Notes under the pieces: model-generated
What the model was told of the DNA's origin: nothing
The model's database searches: none
What the model saw: the letters and a program-made list of their open reading frames with translations, nothing else
Program-made: the position numbers and the translations under genes
Shown here: in pieces, positions 28,663-37,901 of the stretch
Layout of the letters: every line of letters begins with the position of its first letter
How positions within the stretch are numbered: the first letter of the stretch is position 1
DNA from: Thermoanaerobaculia bacterium
Lineage (GTDB): Bacteria > Acidobacteriota > Thermoanaerobaculia > Multivoradales > JAHEKO01
Length of the DNA stretch: 64,000 nucleotides
Assembly: GCA_963781065.1 (NCBI GenBank)
Contig: CAWAET010000002.1
Span: 146,462-210,461, forward strand
Reading direction: 5' to 3'

Positions 28663-29871
28663 TCAACCGCGCCCCTGACGACGGCGGGCCATCACCAGGC
28701 GGTGGCCGGCGACGCCGCGCCGCCGAAAGCCCAGCAGGTGGAAGAACTGCAGGGCCTCCCAGCGGGCGATTCGGCGGTCGATGACAAAGGCGCCCTCGTT
28801 GTCGGGATCCCGGCGCACGCCCGGCAGCCAGTGGAGGAATCGCTCGAGCCGCCAGGGGCGCACCCGCTCCGACAGGCGGAGCCAGAACGGATTCACCGGA
28901 TCCACCAGGAAGAAGCCCTCCTCACCCTGGTCCTGGTAGAGGGGCATCAGCACCATGCCGTCGAACGGCGACCTCACTTCGCCCGCGCGGTCGGTGGCCA
29001 GCGCATCGCCGCTCGCCACCGGCTGGAAGCTGACCAGGCCGGGGCGGCTGCGGAAACCGTCCTCCGAGCTGATCGCATGGCGGTAGCGCACTTCCACCAC
29101 GACCGGCAGGCCGCGGCTCTCGTTCTCCAGCAGAGTGCGCGCAGCGGCGTACTCGGCATGGCCGTCGGCCAGCAGGCCGGCCGCCTCGAGAGCGATCCAG
29201 ATCGCCGCCTCGGCGCGGACGGCGGCCTCGGCCTCGTCGTGCTGGCCGGCCTCGAAGCCGACCGGGATGACGCCCTCCGCCGTCAGGTGGTGCGCCATGG
29301 TGCCGCTCAACTCCTCGTCGAGGCCGAGCACCAGCGGCACCGGGAATCGGTTGGCGAAGCGGCGGTTGAGCAGCGTGTCGTCGATCACCACGAAGGCCGG
29401 CCCCGGCCCCGAGATGGTATGCAGGTCGAGGGCGTAGACCTCGCCGCGCGCCCGCCCGAGCGCCGCCCGCACCTCCCGCTCGAGCTCGCGCAGCTGGCGG
29501 TCCTCGATCGACACCGGCTCGGTCACGTCGAACGCCTCGAGGCGCGGCCGCAGCCAGATCCGATTGAGGTCCTCGTCGATGAAACGGCGGCCGACCGCCA
29601 GCGCCTCGAGATTGCCCGCCAGACCGAGCAACTCGCCGCGCGCCAGCCCAACCTCGCCGAGCCGCGACAGCACCCGCTCGAGCCCCAGCAGCCCGGCAGG
29701 CTCGTTGCCGTGCAGGCCGCCGACGACGAGCAGCGTCGGCCCGGGCTGCTCCGCGGTCACCCGAACCACCACCCGCGGCCACGACCGCCCTGTCGGCGCA
29801 TTCGCCACCGCCGCGGCGGCCTGACCTTCCCCCCGCGCCTCGGCGCTCTCCACGCCCAAGCTCTCCGTCAT
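28663..29871 (-). CDS. Succinylglutamate desuccinylase/aspartoacylase-family (M14-like) zinc hydrolase
   Basis: LLVVGGLHGNEPAG and YALDLHT zinc-ligand motifs. Start taken at the internal ATG (MTESLGVES), position 29871. Confidence 0.65.
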   Translation of the reverse strand: MTESLGVESAEARGEGQAAAAVANAPTGRSWPRVVVRVTAEQPGPTLLVVGGLHGNEPAGLLGLERVLSRLGEVGLARGELLGLAGNLEALAVGRRFIDEDLNRIWLRPRLEAFDVTEPVSIEDRQLRELEREVRAALGRARGEVYALDLHTISGPGPAFVVIDDTLLNRRFANRFPVPLVLGLDEELSGTMAHHLTAEGVIPVGFEAGQHDEAEAAVRAEAAIWIALEAAGLLADGHAEYAAARTLLENESRGLPVVVEVRYRHAISSEDGFRSRPGLVSFQPVASGDALATDRAGEVRSPFDGMVLMPLYQDQGEEGFFLVDPVNPFWLRLSERVRPWRLERFLHWLPGVRRDPDNEGAFVIDRRIARWEALQFFHLLGFRRRGVAGHRLVMARRRQGRG

Positions 29872-30063
29872 GACAACCGGTCTTCCATTCTCTGTTCTGT
29901 CGGCGGATCCGCGGGCGGGAGGTTCACGCCCGAGCTCGGGCCCGCGCGAGCATAGCACTCCGCGGCGACCCTCGGCGCGTCAGATCTTCGCCGGCCGGCG
30001 CGGCGCCCGCGACCTTCGACCTGCCCTTTCGCCGCCGCCCGAAACCCGATAGCCTCCCCGTTC

Positions 30064-31512
30064 GTGAGCCGATCGATCGAGCACGGCGGGGCCGCCCTGG
30101 CCACGAGCTCCTACGAGGAGTTCCTGGCTCGTTACCCCGAGTACGGCACGACCCTGGAGCTGGACGAGCTGCGCCAGCGCGAGTACTCGCGCCTCGACGC
30201 CGCGGGCGAGATCTACCTCGACTACACCGGCGGCTCGCTCTACGGCGCCAGCCAGGTGCGGACCCACCAGCGGTTCCTGCTCGAGACGGTGCTCGGCAAC
30301 CCGCACTCGACCAACCCCACCTCGCGGGCCGCCACCGAGCGGGTCGAGGCCTGCCGCCGGCAGGTTCTCGAGTTCTTCAACGGCACGCCGGAGGAGTACG
30401 CGGTGATCTTCACCGCCAACGCCAGCCAAGCCCTCAAGCTGGTCGGCGAGTCGTACCCCTTCGAGCCCGGCGACCGGTTCCTGCTCACCTTCGACAACCA
30501 CAACTCGGTCAACGGCATCCGCGAGTTCGACCGCGCCCACGGCGCCGAAACGGCCTATGTCCCCGTGGTGCCGCCCGAGATGGTGGTCGACGAGGCGACG
30601 CTCGACGAGTATCTGGCGACCTCCCGGCCCGGCGGGCACAACCTGTTCGCCTACCCCGCGCAGTCCAACTTCTCCGGTGTCCAGCATCCGCTGGAGTGGA
30701 TCGCCCGGGCGCAGTCGGCCGGCTGGGACGTGCTGCTCGACGCCGCCGCCTACGTCGGCACCACCCGCCTCGATCTCGGCCGCTGGAAGCCTGACTACGT
30801 TGCGGTCTCGTTCTACAAGATGTTCGGCTACCCCACCGGCGTCGGGGTGCTGATCGCGCGCTGGCCGGCGCTCGCCAAGCTCCACCGGCCGTGGTTCGCC
30901 GGCGGCACCATCACCGTCGCCTCGGTCCAGGCCGACAGCCACGTGCTGGCCGCCGGCGCCGCCGCCTTCGAGGACGGGACGCTCGACTACGCCAACATCC
31001 CGGCGGTGGCCACCGGCCTGAGCTTCCTCGCCGAGGCCGGCCTCGACCGCATCCACCGGCGAGTGGGCTGCCTGACCTCCTGGCTGATCGAACAGCTGCT
31101 CGCTCTGCGCCACGCCGGCGGCCGCCCGCTGGTGATGCTGTACGGCCCGCGCCGGCCCGGCCGCCGCGGCGGGACGGTGACCTTCAACTTCTGCGACCCC
31201 GCGGGCCAGCTGCTCGACCACGAGCTGATCGAAGAGCAGGCCGGGCGCCGCCGGATCTCGCTGCGCACCGGCTGCTTCTGCAACCCGGGGGCGGGCGAGA
31301 TGGCCCTGGGGCTGTCGCGCGAGGAGCTCGTAACCTGTTTCGGCCAGCGGCCGGACGGCATGACCTACGAGGAGTTCCGCACCTGCATCGACGACAAGGG
31401 CACCGGCGCGGTGCGGGTGTCGCTGGGCATCGCCTCGAACTTCGCCGACGTCGAGCACTTCCTGCGCTTCGCGGCCAGCTTTCTCGACCAGCCGGCCGCC
31501 GCCGGCTCGTAG
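30064..31512 (+). CDS. Class V aminotransferase-fold PLP enzyme (MOCOS / cysteine-desulfurase-like)
   Basis: 482-aa ORF with GNPHS, VIFTANASQALKLV and VSFYKMFGYPTGVGVLI (PLP lysine) motifs, resembling the NifS-like domain of molybdenum cofactor sulfurases. Confidence 0.75.
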   Translation: MSRSIEHGGAALATSSYEEFLARYPEYGTTLELDELRQREYSRLDAAGEIYLDYTGGSLYGASQVRTHQRFLLETVLGNPHSTNPTSRAATERVEACRRQVLEFFNGTPEEYAVIFTANASQALKLVGESYPFEPGDRFLLTFDNHNSVNGIREFDRAHGAETAYVPVVPPEMVVDEATLDEYLATSRPGGHNLFAYPAQSNFSGVQHPLEWIARAQSAGWDVLLDAAAYVGTTRLDLGRWKPDYVAVSFYKMFGYPTGVGVLIARWPALAKLHRPWFAGGTITVASVQADSHVLAAGAAAFEDGTLDYANIPAVATGLSFLAEAGLDRIHRRVGCLTSWLIEQLLALRHAGGRPLVMLYGPRRPGRRGGTVTFNFCDPAGQLLDHELIEEQAGRRRISLRTGCFCNPGAGEMALGLSREELVTCFGQRPDGMTYEEFRTCIDDKGTGAVRVSLGIASNFADVEHFLRFAASFLDQPAAAGS

Positions 31513-31519
31513 CCGGCAG

Positions 31520-33424
31520 CTAACTGTCGGAGTCGCGGTCCCACTCGAGCCGCTGGACCACCGGCAGCTGCAGGGCGCGCTCGCGGTCGAGGTCGAGCGA
31601 GCCGACGTGCAGCGACAGCGGCGCCTGCACCCACTTGTAGATCGAGCGGGTGAACAGCTCGACGAACTCCCGCGCCCAGTCGGCCAGCCGCTCGGGATCC
31701 TGGTCGGGGAACAGCGACCGCAGGGCGCGCGCCACCTCGGCCGAGGTCAGCTTGTCGCCGGCGTAGAGGCGCAGGCAGGCATCGAGGACCGGGAACGGCA
31801 TAAGCTCGGACTCAGCCGTCTGGTCGGCGGCCAGCTCCGGGCCCGGAATGGTGTCCAGGGTGCGGGCGATGCCGGCAAAGCCGAACCGCTGGTGCAGCCG
31901 CTCGAGCATGGCCACGACCACCGTCTTGGGCAGGTTGGCGATCACCGACAGGCCGCCCTCGAGGTCGCCGCCGATGGTGGTGTAGCCCACCGCCTTCTCG
32001 CTCATGTCGCCGGTCTGGAGGAACAGGCCCCCGGCGCTGTTGGCCCAGTTCCACATCCGCTGGGCGCGCAGCCGCGCCTGGATGTTCTGCCGCGCCACCG
32101 GCGACGGCTCGCTGCCACCGAGCATCTCGCGGGCCGCCTCGACCTCGCGCTCGTAGGCGTTGTCGATCGAGACCGTCCGCAGCGGCACCCCGAGATCCCG
32201 GCAGAGGGTCTCGGCGGCGGCGCGGGTGCCCTCGCCGGAGTAGCGGGTGGGCATGTAGAAGGCGCGCAGCAGCCCTTCGGTCTCCTGGCCCTCGACCGCC
32301 TCCAGCAGCTGCGCCGCCCGCCAGGCGACCAGCAGCGTGAGGGTCGAATCGCGACCGCCGGACAGGGCGACACCGAGGCAGCGGAAGCCGCCGGTCTTGA
32401 CGAAGTAGTCCTTGACCCCCAGGGCCAGCACTTCGAAGACCTCGTCGAGCTGCTCCTGGCGCGGCGAGCGATCCGGGATCTCGTCGCTGGGCAGGAAGAA
32501 GCTGCCGCCCACGGGGGAGGGATAGTCCAGCCGCGACCGATCCGCGGTGGCACCGCCGCAGTCGAGCACCGCGATCCGGCGGTTCCGCTGGATGAACTCG
32601 TTGCTGTCGCGGCGCCAGGTGGTGTTCTCCGAGCGCAGCTGGAGCGTGCGATCGAGGTCGACCACCGCCGCCGCCGAGCCCTCGACCAGCCGCGGCGCGT
32701 CGAGCACCAGGCGGCCGTTCTGGAAGATGTAGCCGCCGCCGTCGAAGATCAGGCCGTCCTGGCAGCCGACGGCGTTGGTGTAGACGTAGGTGACCTGGTT
32801 GTCGGCCGAGCGGGTGGCGAACATCTCGCGCCGCGTCTCGATGACGCCGGCCCGGTAGGGTGAGGCCGAGGCGTTGACCACGACCTCGGCGCCCGAGTAG
32901 CAGCGCCGCCGCGCCGGCCCGTCCGGCGACCAGGCGTCTTCGCAGACCTCCACCGCCACCAGGCCGAAGTCGAAGCGGAACAGGTAATCGCCCAGCGGCA
33001 CGCCGCCGACCTCGCCCTCCAGGCTCGGCCCGCCGCGCGAGAAGGTACGCTCCTCGTAGAAGACGTTGTAGGTCGGCAGCTTCTCTTTCGGCACGAAGCC
33101 CATCACCCGGCCGTCGTGCACCACGGCGGCGCAGTTGAACAGCTGGCTGCCGTCCGCGATGGTGGTGCCGAGGACGAACACCGTCGGCCAGGCGGCGGTG
33201 GCCTCGACGAACCGGTCGAGCTGGCGGCGCTGCGCGGCGACAAAACCGCGCCACTGGATCAGGTCCTCCGGCGGATAGCCGCCGATGACCTGCTCGGGAA
33301 AGCAGGCCAGGGTGACCTCGTCGGCAGCCGCCGCCGCGGCCATCTCGATCAGCCGATCGGTGTTCGAGCGCACCGCGCCCACCGTCGGGCTGACGGTTGC
33401 CACCGCGATCTTTATCAGGCGCAA
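31520..33424 (-). CDS. nadE: Glutamine-dependent NAD+ synthetase
   Basis: 634-aa ORF with an N-terminal CN-hydrolase domain (CFPEQVIGGYPPEDL, CEDAW) and a C-terminal NAD synthetase domain with the SGGRDS PP-loop. Confidence 0.9.
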   Translation of the reverse strand: MRLIKIAVATVSPTVGAVRSNTDRLIEMAAAAAADEVTLACFPEQVIGGYPPEDLIQWRGFVAAQRRQLDRFVEATAAWPTVFVLGTTIADGSQLFNCAAVVHDGRVMGFVPKEKLPTYNVFYEERTFSRGGPSLEGEVGGVPLGDYLFRFDFGLVAVEVCEDAWSPDGPARRRCYSGAEVVVNASASPYRAGVIETRREMFATRSADNQVTYVYTNAVGCQDGLIFDGGGYIFQNGRLVLDAPRLVEGSAAAVVDLDRTLQLRSENTTWRRDSNEFIQRNRRIAVLDCGGATADRSRLDYPSPVGGSFFLPSDEIPDRSPRQEQLDEVFEVLALGVKDYFVKTGGFRCLGVALSGGRDSTLTLLVAWRAAQLLEAVEGQETEGLLRAFYMPTRYSGEGTRAAAETLCRDLGVPLRTVSIDNAYEREVEAAREMLGGSEPSPVARQNIQARLRAQRMWNWANSAGGLFLQTGDMSEKAVGYTTIGGDLEGGLSVIANLPKTVVVAMLERLHQRFGFAGIARTLDTIPGPELAADQTAESELMPFPVLDACLRLYAGDKLTSAEVARALRSLFPDQDPERLADWAREFVELFTRSIYKWVQAPLSLHVGSLDLDRERALQLPVVQRLEWDRDSDS

Positions 33425-33461
33425 ATCGAACGGTCCTCCGCGTGCGGGTTGTCGGCTGATC

Positions 33462-33821
33462 CTACCGCGGACCGGCTCGGGCCGGCTCTACGGTCTGGCG
33501 GCGCAGGCTTTCCGCGCGGATGCGCCAGTGGCTGGCGTGCCAGACCGCCTTGCCGTCGCGCAGCAGCATCGCCTGCGGCGACTCGTGCCGGATGCCGGTG
33601 CGGCGGGCAAGCTCGTCGGAGAGCGGCCGCGCGGTCTGCACCTCGATCAGGGCGTGGCCCGTGGCGCCGGCCTCGCCGGCGAAGGCCCGATACTCCTCCA
33701 GCGCGGCCGCCGAGATCGGGCAGGTCAGGCTGTGCTTGAAGATCCAGACCGGTTCGCTGCGCGAGCGCGCCAGCCAGCCTTCCAGCTCATCCATCGCGTT
33801 CAGCTTTGTCAGGTCGCCCAT
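33462..33821 (-). CDS. ytxJ: YtxJ-like monothiol thioredoxin-fold protein
   Basis: 119-aa reading from ATG 33821: MGDLTKLNAMDELEGWL...VWIFKHSLTCPIS...ESPQAMLLRDGKAVWHASHWRI. The TCPIS motif matches the YtxJ/DUF2847 family. Confidence 0.65.
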   Translation of the reverse strand: MGDLTKLNAMDELEGWLARSRSEPVWIFKHSLTCPISAAALEEYRAFAGEAGATGHALIEVQTARPLSDELARRTGIRHESPQAMLLRDGKAVWHASHWRIRAESLRRQTVEPARAGPR

Positions 33822-33966
33822 GATCGCTTGTCTCCCGGTGGCAGCGCCGTCCTTCGTGGACACGATACCCGGCCAGCGCCAGGTCGCACCAGGCCGCCGG
33901 CCGGCAAGCCGCTGGCCGGCCGGCCGCGACCCCACCTCGGCAGGTTCAACCTTGGCGGGTCGACCG

Positions 33967-34506
33967 CTATTCCTGCGTCTCCTCGGCGCCGCCGCGCGGC
34001 AGCGCGGCGATGCGGCGGGGCGGATCCTCGCCACCGACGAGGCCGGCGGCCACCTCGGCCAGCCGCTCTCCGGTCACCGGGTGGCACACGTCCGGGCCGA
34101 CCTCGGCCAGAGGCAGGGCCAAGTAGGCCCGATCGAGGATTTCGGGATCCGGGATACGCAGTCCGGCCGCCGGGTCGTCGATCACCCGCGAGCCGAACAG
34201 CGCGATGTCGAGATCGATGGTCCTGGGGGCGTCGCGGTCGCCTTGCCGGCGGCGCCCGAGATCGGCCTCGATTCGACGCAGCAGACGCTTGAGCGCCGCC
34301 GGGGCCAACGCGGTGCGGAAGCGGACGGCCGCGTTGAGGAAGCGAGGCGTCCCCGGCGCCCCGTACGGCTCGGACTCCCAGACGCCGGAGACCGCCTCGA
34401 GGTCGAGCTCGCGCCGCAGCCGCGAGATCGCCCGCTCGAGGTTGGCGCGCGGCTCGATGTTCGAGCCCAGCGTGATGAACACCGTGGTCGGCGCCGGTTC
34501 AGCCAC
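33967..34506 (-). CDS. folK: 2-amino-4-hydroxy-6-hydroxymethyldihydropteridine diphosphokinase
   Basis: VFITLGSNIEPRANL...WESEPYG...RTIDLDIALFG...IPDPEILDRAYLALPLAEV. The GTG start at 34506 overlaps the folB stop. Confidence 0.85.
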   Translation of the reverse strand: MAEPAPTTVFITLGSNIEPRANLERAISRLRRELDLEAVSGVWESEPYGAPGTPRFLNAAVRFRTALAPAALKRLLRRIEADLGRRRQGDRDAPRTIDLDIALFGSRVIDDPAAGLRIPDPEILDRAYLALPLAEVGPDVCHPVTGERLAEVAAGLVGGEDPPRRIAALPRGGAEETQE

Positions 34507-34879
34507 TCGCGAAATCCGCCGGCCCACGCGAGATCTCGACGCCGACCGACTCGGCGAAGCGCAGCGCGCCCGGCTTCTCCACTTTCACCACCGCCCGCGC
34601 GGCACCGTGGTCGACGACGCAGATCCGGGCGATGCCGGCGGCCAGCGCCTCGACGAGGAAGTGCCGGGAGCTCTCGACGTAGGCGATCACCGCCTTGGTC
34701 AGGGTGCGGTAGTTGAGGGTGTCGGCAACGTCGTCGCTGGCGCCCGCGGCGCGCAGGTCGGTGTACAGCGCCAGGTTGATCAGGATGTCCTGCGGCTTCT
34801 CCCGCTCCCAGTCGTTGATGCCGATGATGCCGCGCAGCAGCAGGTCGCGAATCAGGATCCGGTCGCTCTCGTCACTCAT
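34499..34879 (-). CDS. folB: Dihydroneopterin aldolase
   Basis: 126-aa reading from ATG 34879: MSDESDRILIRDLLLRGIIGINDWEREKPQDILINLALYTDL...TLNYRTL...VKVEKPGALRFA. Confidence 0.85.
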   Translation of the reverse strand: MSDESDRILIRDLLLRGIIGINDWEREKPQDILINLALYTDLRAAGASDDVADTLNYRTLTKAVIAYVESSRHFLVEALAAGIARICVVDHGAARAVVKVEKPGALRFAESVGVEISRGPADFASG

Positions 34880-34908
34880 CTCATCTCTCCCGCGATCTCC
34901 AGCCCCCT

Positions 34909-35676
34909 CTAGTGATGGCCCGCGCCCAGCAGCGACTCGCCGCCATCGACGACCAGCGTCGCCCCGGTGACGAAGTCGTTGGCGGCCAGGAAGGCCACCG
35001 CGTCGCCCACTTCCTGGGGCTCGCCGGCCCGCCGCAAAGGCAGCCGATTCACCGTCTCCTGCCAGGCGGCGTCGGTCGCCTCCATGCCCGGCGGCGGCAG
35101 GATGGCCCCCGGCACGACCGCGTTGACTCGGATGTCCGGCGCCAGGTCGCGCGCCGCGAGGCGGGTGAGGTGGATCAGCGCCGCCTTGCTGGCGCCGTGG
35201 TGGGCCTGCCGGCTCCATGGCAGCAGGCCGCTGAGATCGGCGACGTTGACGACCGAGGCGGGCGAGCTTCCCGGTCGCGGCAGCCGCCGCATCAACGGCG
35301 CCGCCCGTTGCAGGCAGAGGAAGGGCGCGCGCAAGTTGAGGGCCAGGACCGCGTCCCAGTCGTCGGCGGCGATCTCCTCGAACGCCCCCCGCTCGAAGCT
35401 GGCGGCGCTGTTGACCAGTAGATCGAGCCGGCCGAATCGTCGATCGAACTCGTCGAACAGGCGATCGATCTCCGCCGGCCGGCCGAGATCGGCGGCAAAC
35501 GGCTCGGCCTCGACGCCCAATTGGCGCAGCTCGGCGGCGGTAGCTTCCGCCTGGTCGCGGGAGCTGCGGTAGTGGACCGCCACCGCGCTGCCGCGACGCG
35601 CCACGGCGACGGCGATCTGCTTGCCGAGGCGGCGCGACGCGCCGGTCACCAGGGAGACGCTTCCTTCGAGCTTCAT
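34909..35676 (-). CDS. Short-chain dehydrogenase/reductase, pteridine-reductase-like by context; the catalytic Tyr position reads His
   Basis: TGASRRLG Rossmann motif. The SDR active-site block reads AHHGASKAAL where YxxxK is expected (codon cac, not tac). It forms an operon with folB-folK on the same strand. Confidence 0.75.
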   Translation of the reverse strand: MKLEGSVSLVTGASRRLGKQIAVAVARRGSAVAVHYRSSRDQAEATAAELRQLGVEAEPFAADLGRPAEIDRLFDEFDRRFGRLDLLVNSAASFERGAFEEIAADDWDAVLALNLRAPFLCLQRAAPLMRRLPRPGSSPASVVNVADLSGLLPWSRQAHHGASKAALIHLTRLAARDLAPDIRVNAVVPGAILPPPGMEATDAAWQETVNRLPLRRAGEPQEVGDAVAFLAANDFVTGATLVVDGGESLLGAGHH

Positions 35677-35952
35677 GGCCGCCTCGCGCGCACGGCGCGA
35701 TCTTGGTTGCCGGGCGGCGGAGCTGTCAACCGGGGGCGAGTGTTTCGGCGCTGCTGCGGAAGAGGGAAAGGAACGGGAGGCTCGTTCAGGGTGAGTGTTT
35801 TAGGAGTTTACTCTGGGAATACCAGAGAGCGGGGCGGGATGCTGGTGATGGGTTGAAGACGTCTTACGGTCTCCATCAAAGTTGGTAGGAACTTTGTTTG
35901 AGGGAGCCTCCCTCCAACGCTGATCGCGTCGACTTGAAGACACTATAGCACT

Positions 35953-35970
35953 TTGTGAAAGTTTTCACAA
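35953..35970. promoter_or_regulatory. Perfect 18-bp palindrome TTGTGAAA-GT-TTTCACAA, matching the CRP-family consensus TGTGA-N6-TCACA; overlaps candidate divergent -35 elements
   Basis: Read directly at 35953-35970. On the minus strand, TTGTGA (35965-35970) lies 17 nt from TATAGT (35942-35947), forming a plausible promoter toward the SDR-folB-folK operon. Confidence 0.4.
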
Positions 35971-36161
35971 GCCTCCTAAGACCAACGCGCTCAAGGGTTT
36001 CCCTGCGGCCACCAGAATCCGGCCGAGCGTTCGTTCGGTCTGTCGCCAGACGAGATCGCCGCCTCCCGCCGCGGCCAGGAGGGCCCCGTCCGCTCTTCCG
36101 AATCGAGCCTCTCGCATGCCCGGCACGCGATTCACCCGCGATTTGCTATTGTCGAGACGCC

Positions 36162-36539
36162 GTGGGAGTTCACCGCAACGGTGGCATCGTTGGGCGCATC
36201 ACCGGCGCCCTGCTGCTCGCTCAGCTGCCCTTCGTGCTCGCCGGCAGCCTTGCGCTTCACCACGAGCACCCCGCCGGCCAGATCGCGACACCGGTCTTCG
36301 CCGACGCCGCCCACGGCGGGCTGGCCGCCCACTGGGAGGCCGCCGAGACGGTCCGGCTGCGCCAGTGCGCCGCCTGTCTGTTGCCGGCACAGCCCCTCGA
36401 GCCGCCGGCGACGGACAGCGTCGGTCATCTCCAAGCCGAGGCCGAGCGGGCGCCGCTTCCGGCATCCACCGGGCTGCCGACTTCGGGCGCCGGCCGATCC
36501 CAACGCTCCCGCGCTCCTCCGCCTTCCGGGTTGGCCTGA
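36162..36539 (+). CDS. Possible small membrane protein with His-rich and CxxC motifs (DUF2946-like?), weak call
   Basis: GTG 36162 opens VGVHRNGGIVGRITGALLLAQLPFVLAGSLALHHEHPAG...AAHWEA...RQCAACLLPAQP. It has one hydrophobic helix followed by HHEH and CAAC. It lies upstream of a metal-uptake cluster. Composition is otherwise shadow-like. Confidence 0.25.
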   Translation: MGVHRNGGIVGRITGALLLAQLPFVLAGSLALHHEHPAGQIATPVFADAAHGGLAAHWEAAETVRLRQCAACLLPAQPLEPPATDSVGHLQAEAERAPLPASTGLPTSGAGRSQRSRAPPPSGLA

Positions 36540-36612
36540 CGCCGTCGCGGGGGCACCCTGCGACGCATGCCGCCGCCAGGCGGCGCAGATCGACAACGGA
36601 AGGGAGTGGGAT

Positions 36613-37890
36613 GTGATCAAGAGTTCCGTGGTACCGATCCTCACGGCCATCGTGCTGACGCTCGGCCCGTCAGCGCCGGTCGCCGCCGGCCAGGAGGCCG
36701 CGCTCGACCAGCTGCGGGCCGAGATCGCCGAGCTGCGCCGGGAATACGAGACCCGACTGGCGGCACTGGAAGCGAGGCTCGCGGCCCTGGAGGGCGACAC
36801 GGCCAGCGCCGCGCCGGTCACGGGCGAGCTGGAACGGCTGCGCCTGGCCGCCCGCGAGGCCGCCGGCGGCGCCACGCCACCCGCCGCCGCGGCGACGGGC
36901 TCGGCGCTCGCGGCGGTGGGCCGCGAGCGCAACCTGAATCGCCTCAATCCGGAGATCTCGTTCACCGGCATGGTCCTCGGCGCGACTTCCGACGCCGGCC
37001 GTGAGGAGTTCAGCCTGCAGGAGTTCGAGCTCGATCTGCAGGCCGCTCTCGACCCGTTCTCGCGCACCCGCTGGACGATCGCCTTTGGCGAGGAGGGGGC
37101 CGAGATCGAGGAGGGCTACGTCCTCTACAGCTCGTTGCCCGGCGGCCTGGAGCTGACCGCGGGCAAGTTCCGCCAGCGTTTCGGCCCCCTCAACCGGCAG
37201 CATCTGCACGCCTTGCCGCAAAGCACCTATCCCCTGGCGCTCGAGACCTACTTCGGCGAGGAGGGCCTGGCGCAGACCGGCATCTCCTTCGCCTGGCTGC
37301 TGCCCCGTCCCTGGGCCACCTCCAACGAGGTCGCCATCCAGATCACCTCGGGCGAGAACGAAGAGGCGTTCGGCGGCGAGCTGTTCGAAGACCTGGCGAT
37401 CCTCGCCCGGGTGCAGAACTTCTGGCAGCTTTCCGACGCCGCCTACTTCGAGTGGGGGCTGTCGGGTGTCGGCGGCAAGACCGCCGCCGGCGGCGACAGC
37501 CGCGTCCTGGGCACCGACATCACCTTCAGCTGGCAGCCGCCGGCGCGCGCCAAGTACCGCGCCCTGACCTGGCGCAGCGAGCTGCTGCGCTCCGAGCGCG
37601 ACGACGACGGCGGCGCGCGACAGGAGGCATGGGGCGGCTACACCTATCTCGAAGGCATCTTTCGCCGCAACCTGTGGGCCGGCCTGCGCTTCGACTGGGC
37701 CGAGGATCCGCTCGACCCCGAGCGCCGGCTGCGCGGCATCGTGCCCTACCTGACCTGGTGGCAGAGCGAGTTCGTCCGTCTGCGAGCGGAGTACGGCCGT
37801 CTCGAAGACGAGTCGACCGGCGAGACCGAGAACCGCTTCGCGCTGCAGCTCACCTGGGCGGCCGGGCCGCACAAACACGAGACCTACTGA
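36613..37890 (+). CDS. Outer-membrane beta-barrel (porin-like) protein with N-terminal coiled coil
   Basis: GTG 36613 follows GGAAGGGAG. The signal peptide VIKSSVVPILTAIVLTLGPSAPVAAG is followed by the heptad-like stretch LDQLRAEIAELRREYETRLAALEARLAALEG. Alternating beta-strand-like sequence then ends in ...LQLTWAAGPHKHETY, a C-terminal aromatic residue typical of OMPs. Confidence 0.6.
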   Translation: MIKSSVVPILTAIVLTLGPSAPVAAGQEAALDQLRAEIAELRREYETRLAALEARLAALEGDTASAAPVTGELERLRLAAREAAGGATPPAAAATGSALAAVGRERNLNRLNPEISFTGMVLGATSDAGREEFSLQEFELDLQAALDPFSRTRWTIAFGEEGAEIEEGYVLYSSLPGGLELTAGKFRQRFGPLNRQHLHALPQSTYPLALETYFGEEGLAQTGISFAWLLPRPWATSNEVAIQITSGENEEAFGGELFEDLAILARVQNFWQLSDAAYFEWGLSGVGGKTAAGGDSRVLGTDITFSWQPPARAKYRALTWRSELLRSERDDDGGARQEAWGGYTYLEGIFRRNLWAGLRFDWAEDPLDPERRLRGIVPYLTWWQSEFVRLRAEYGRLEDESTGETENRFALQLTWAAGPHKHETY

Positions 37891-37901
37891 GGAGATCGCC
37901 G

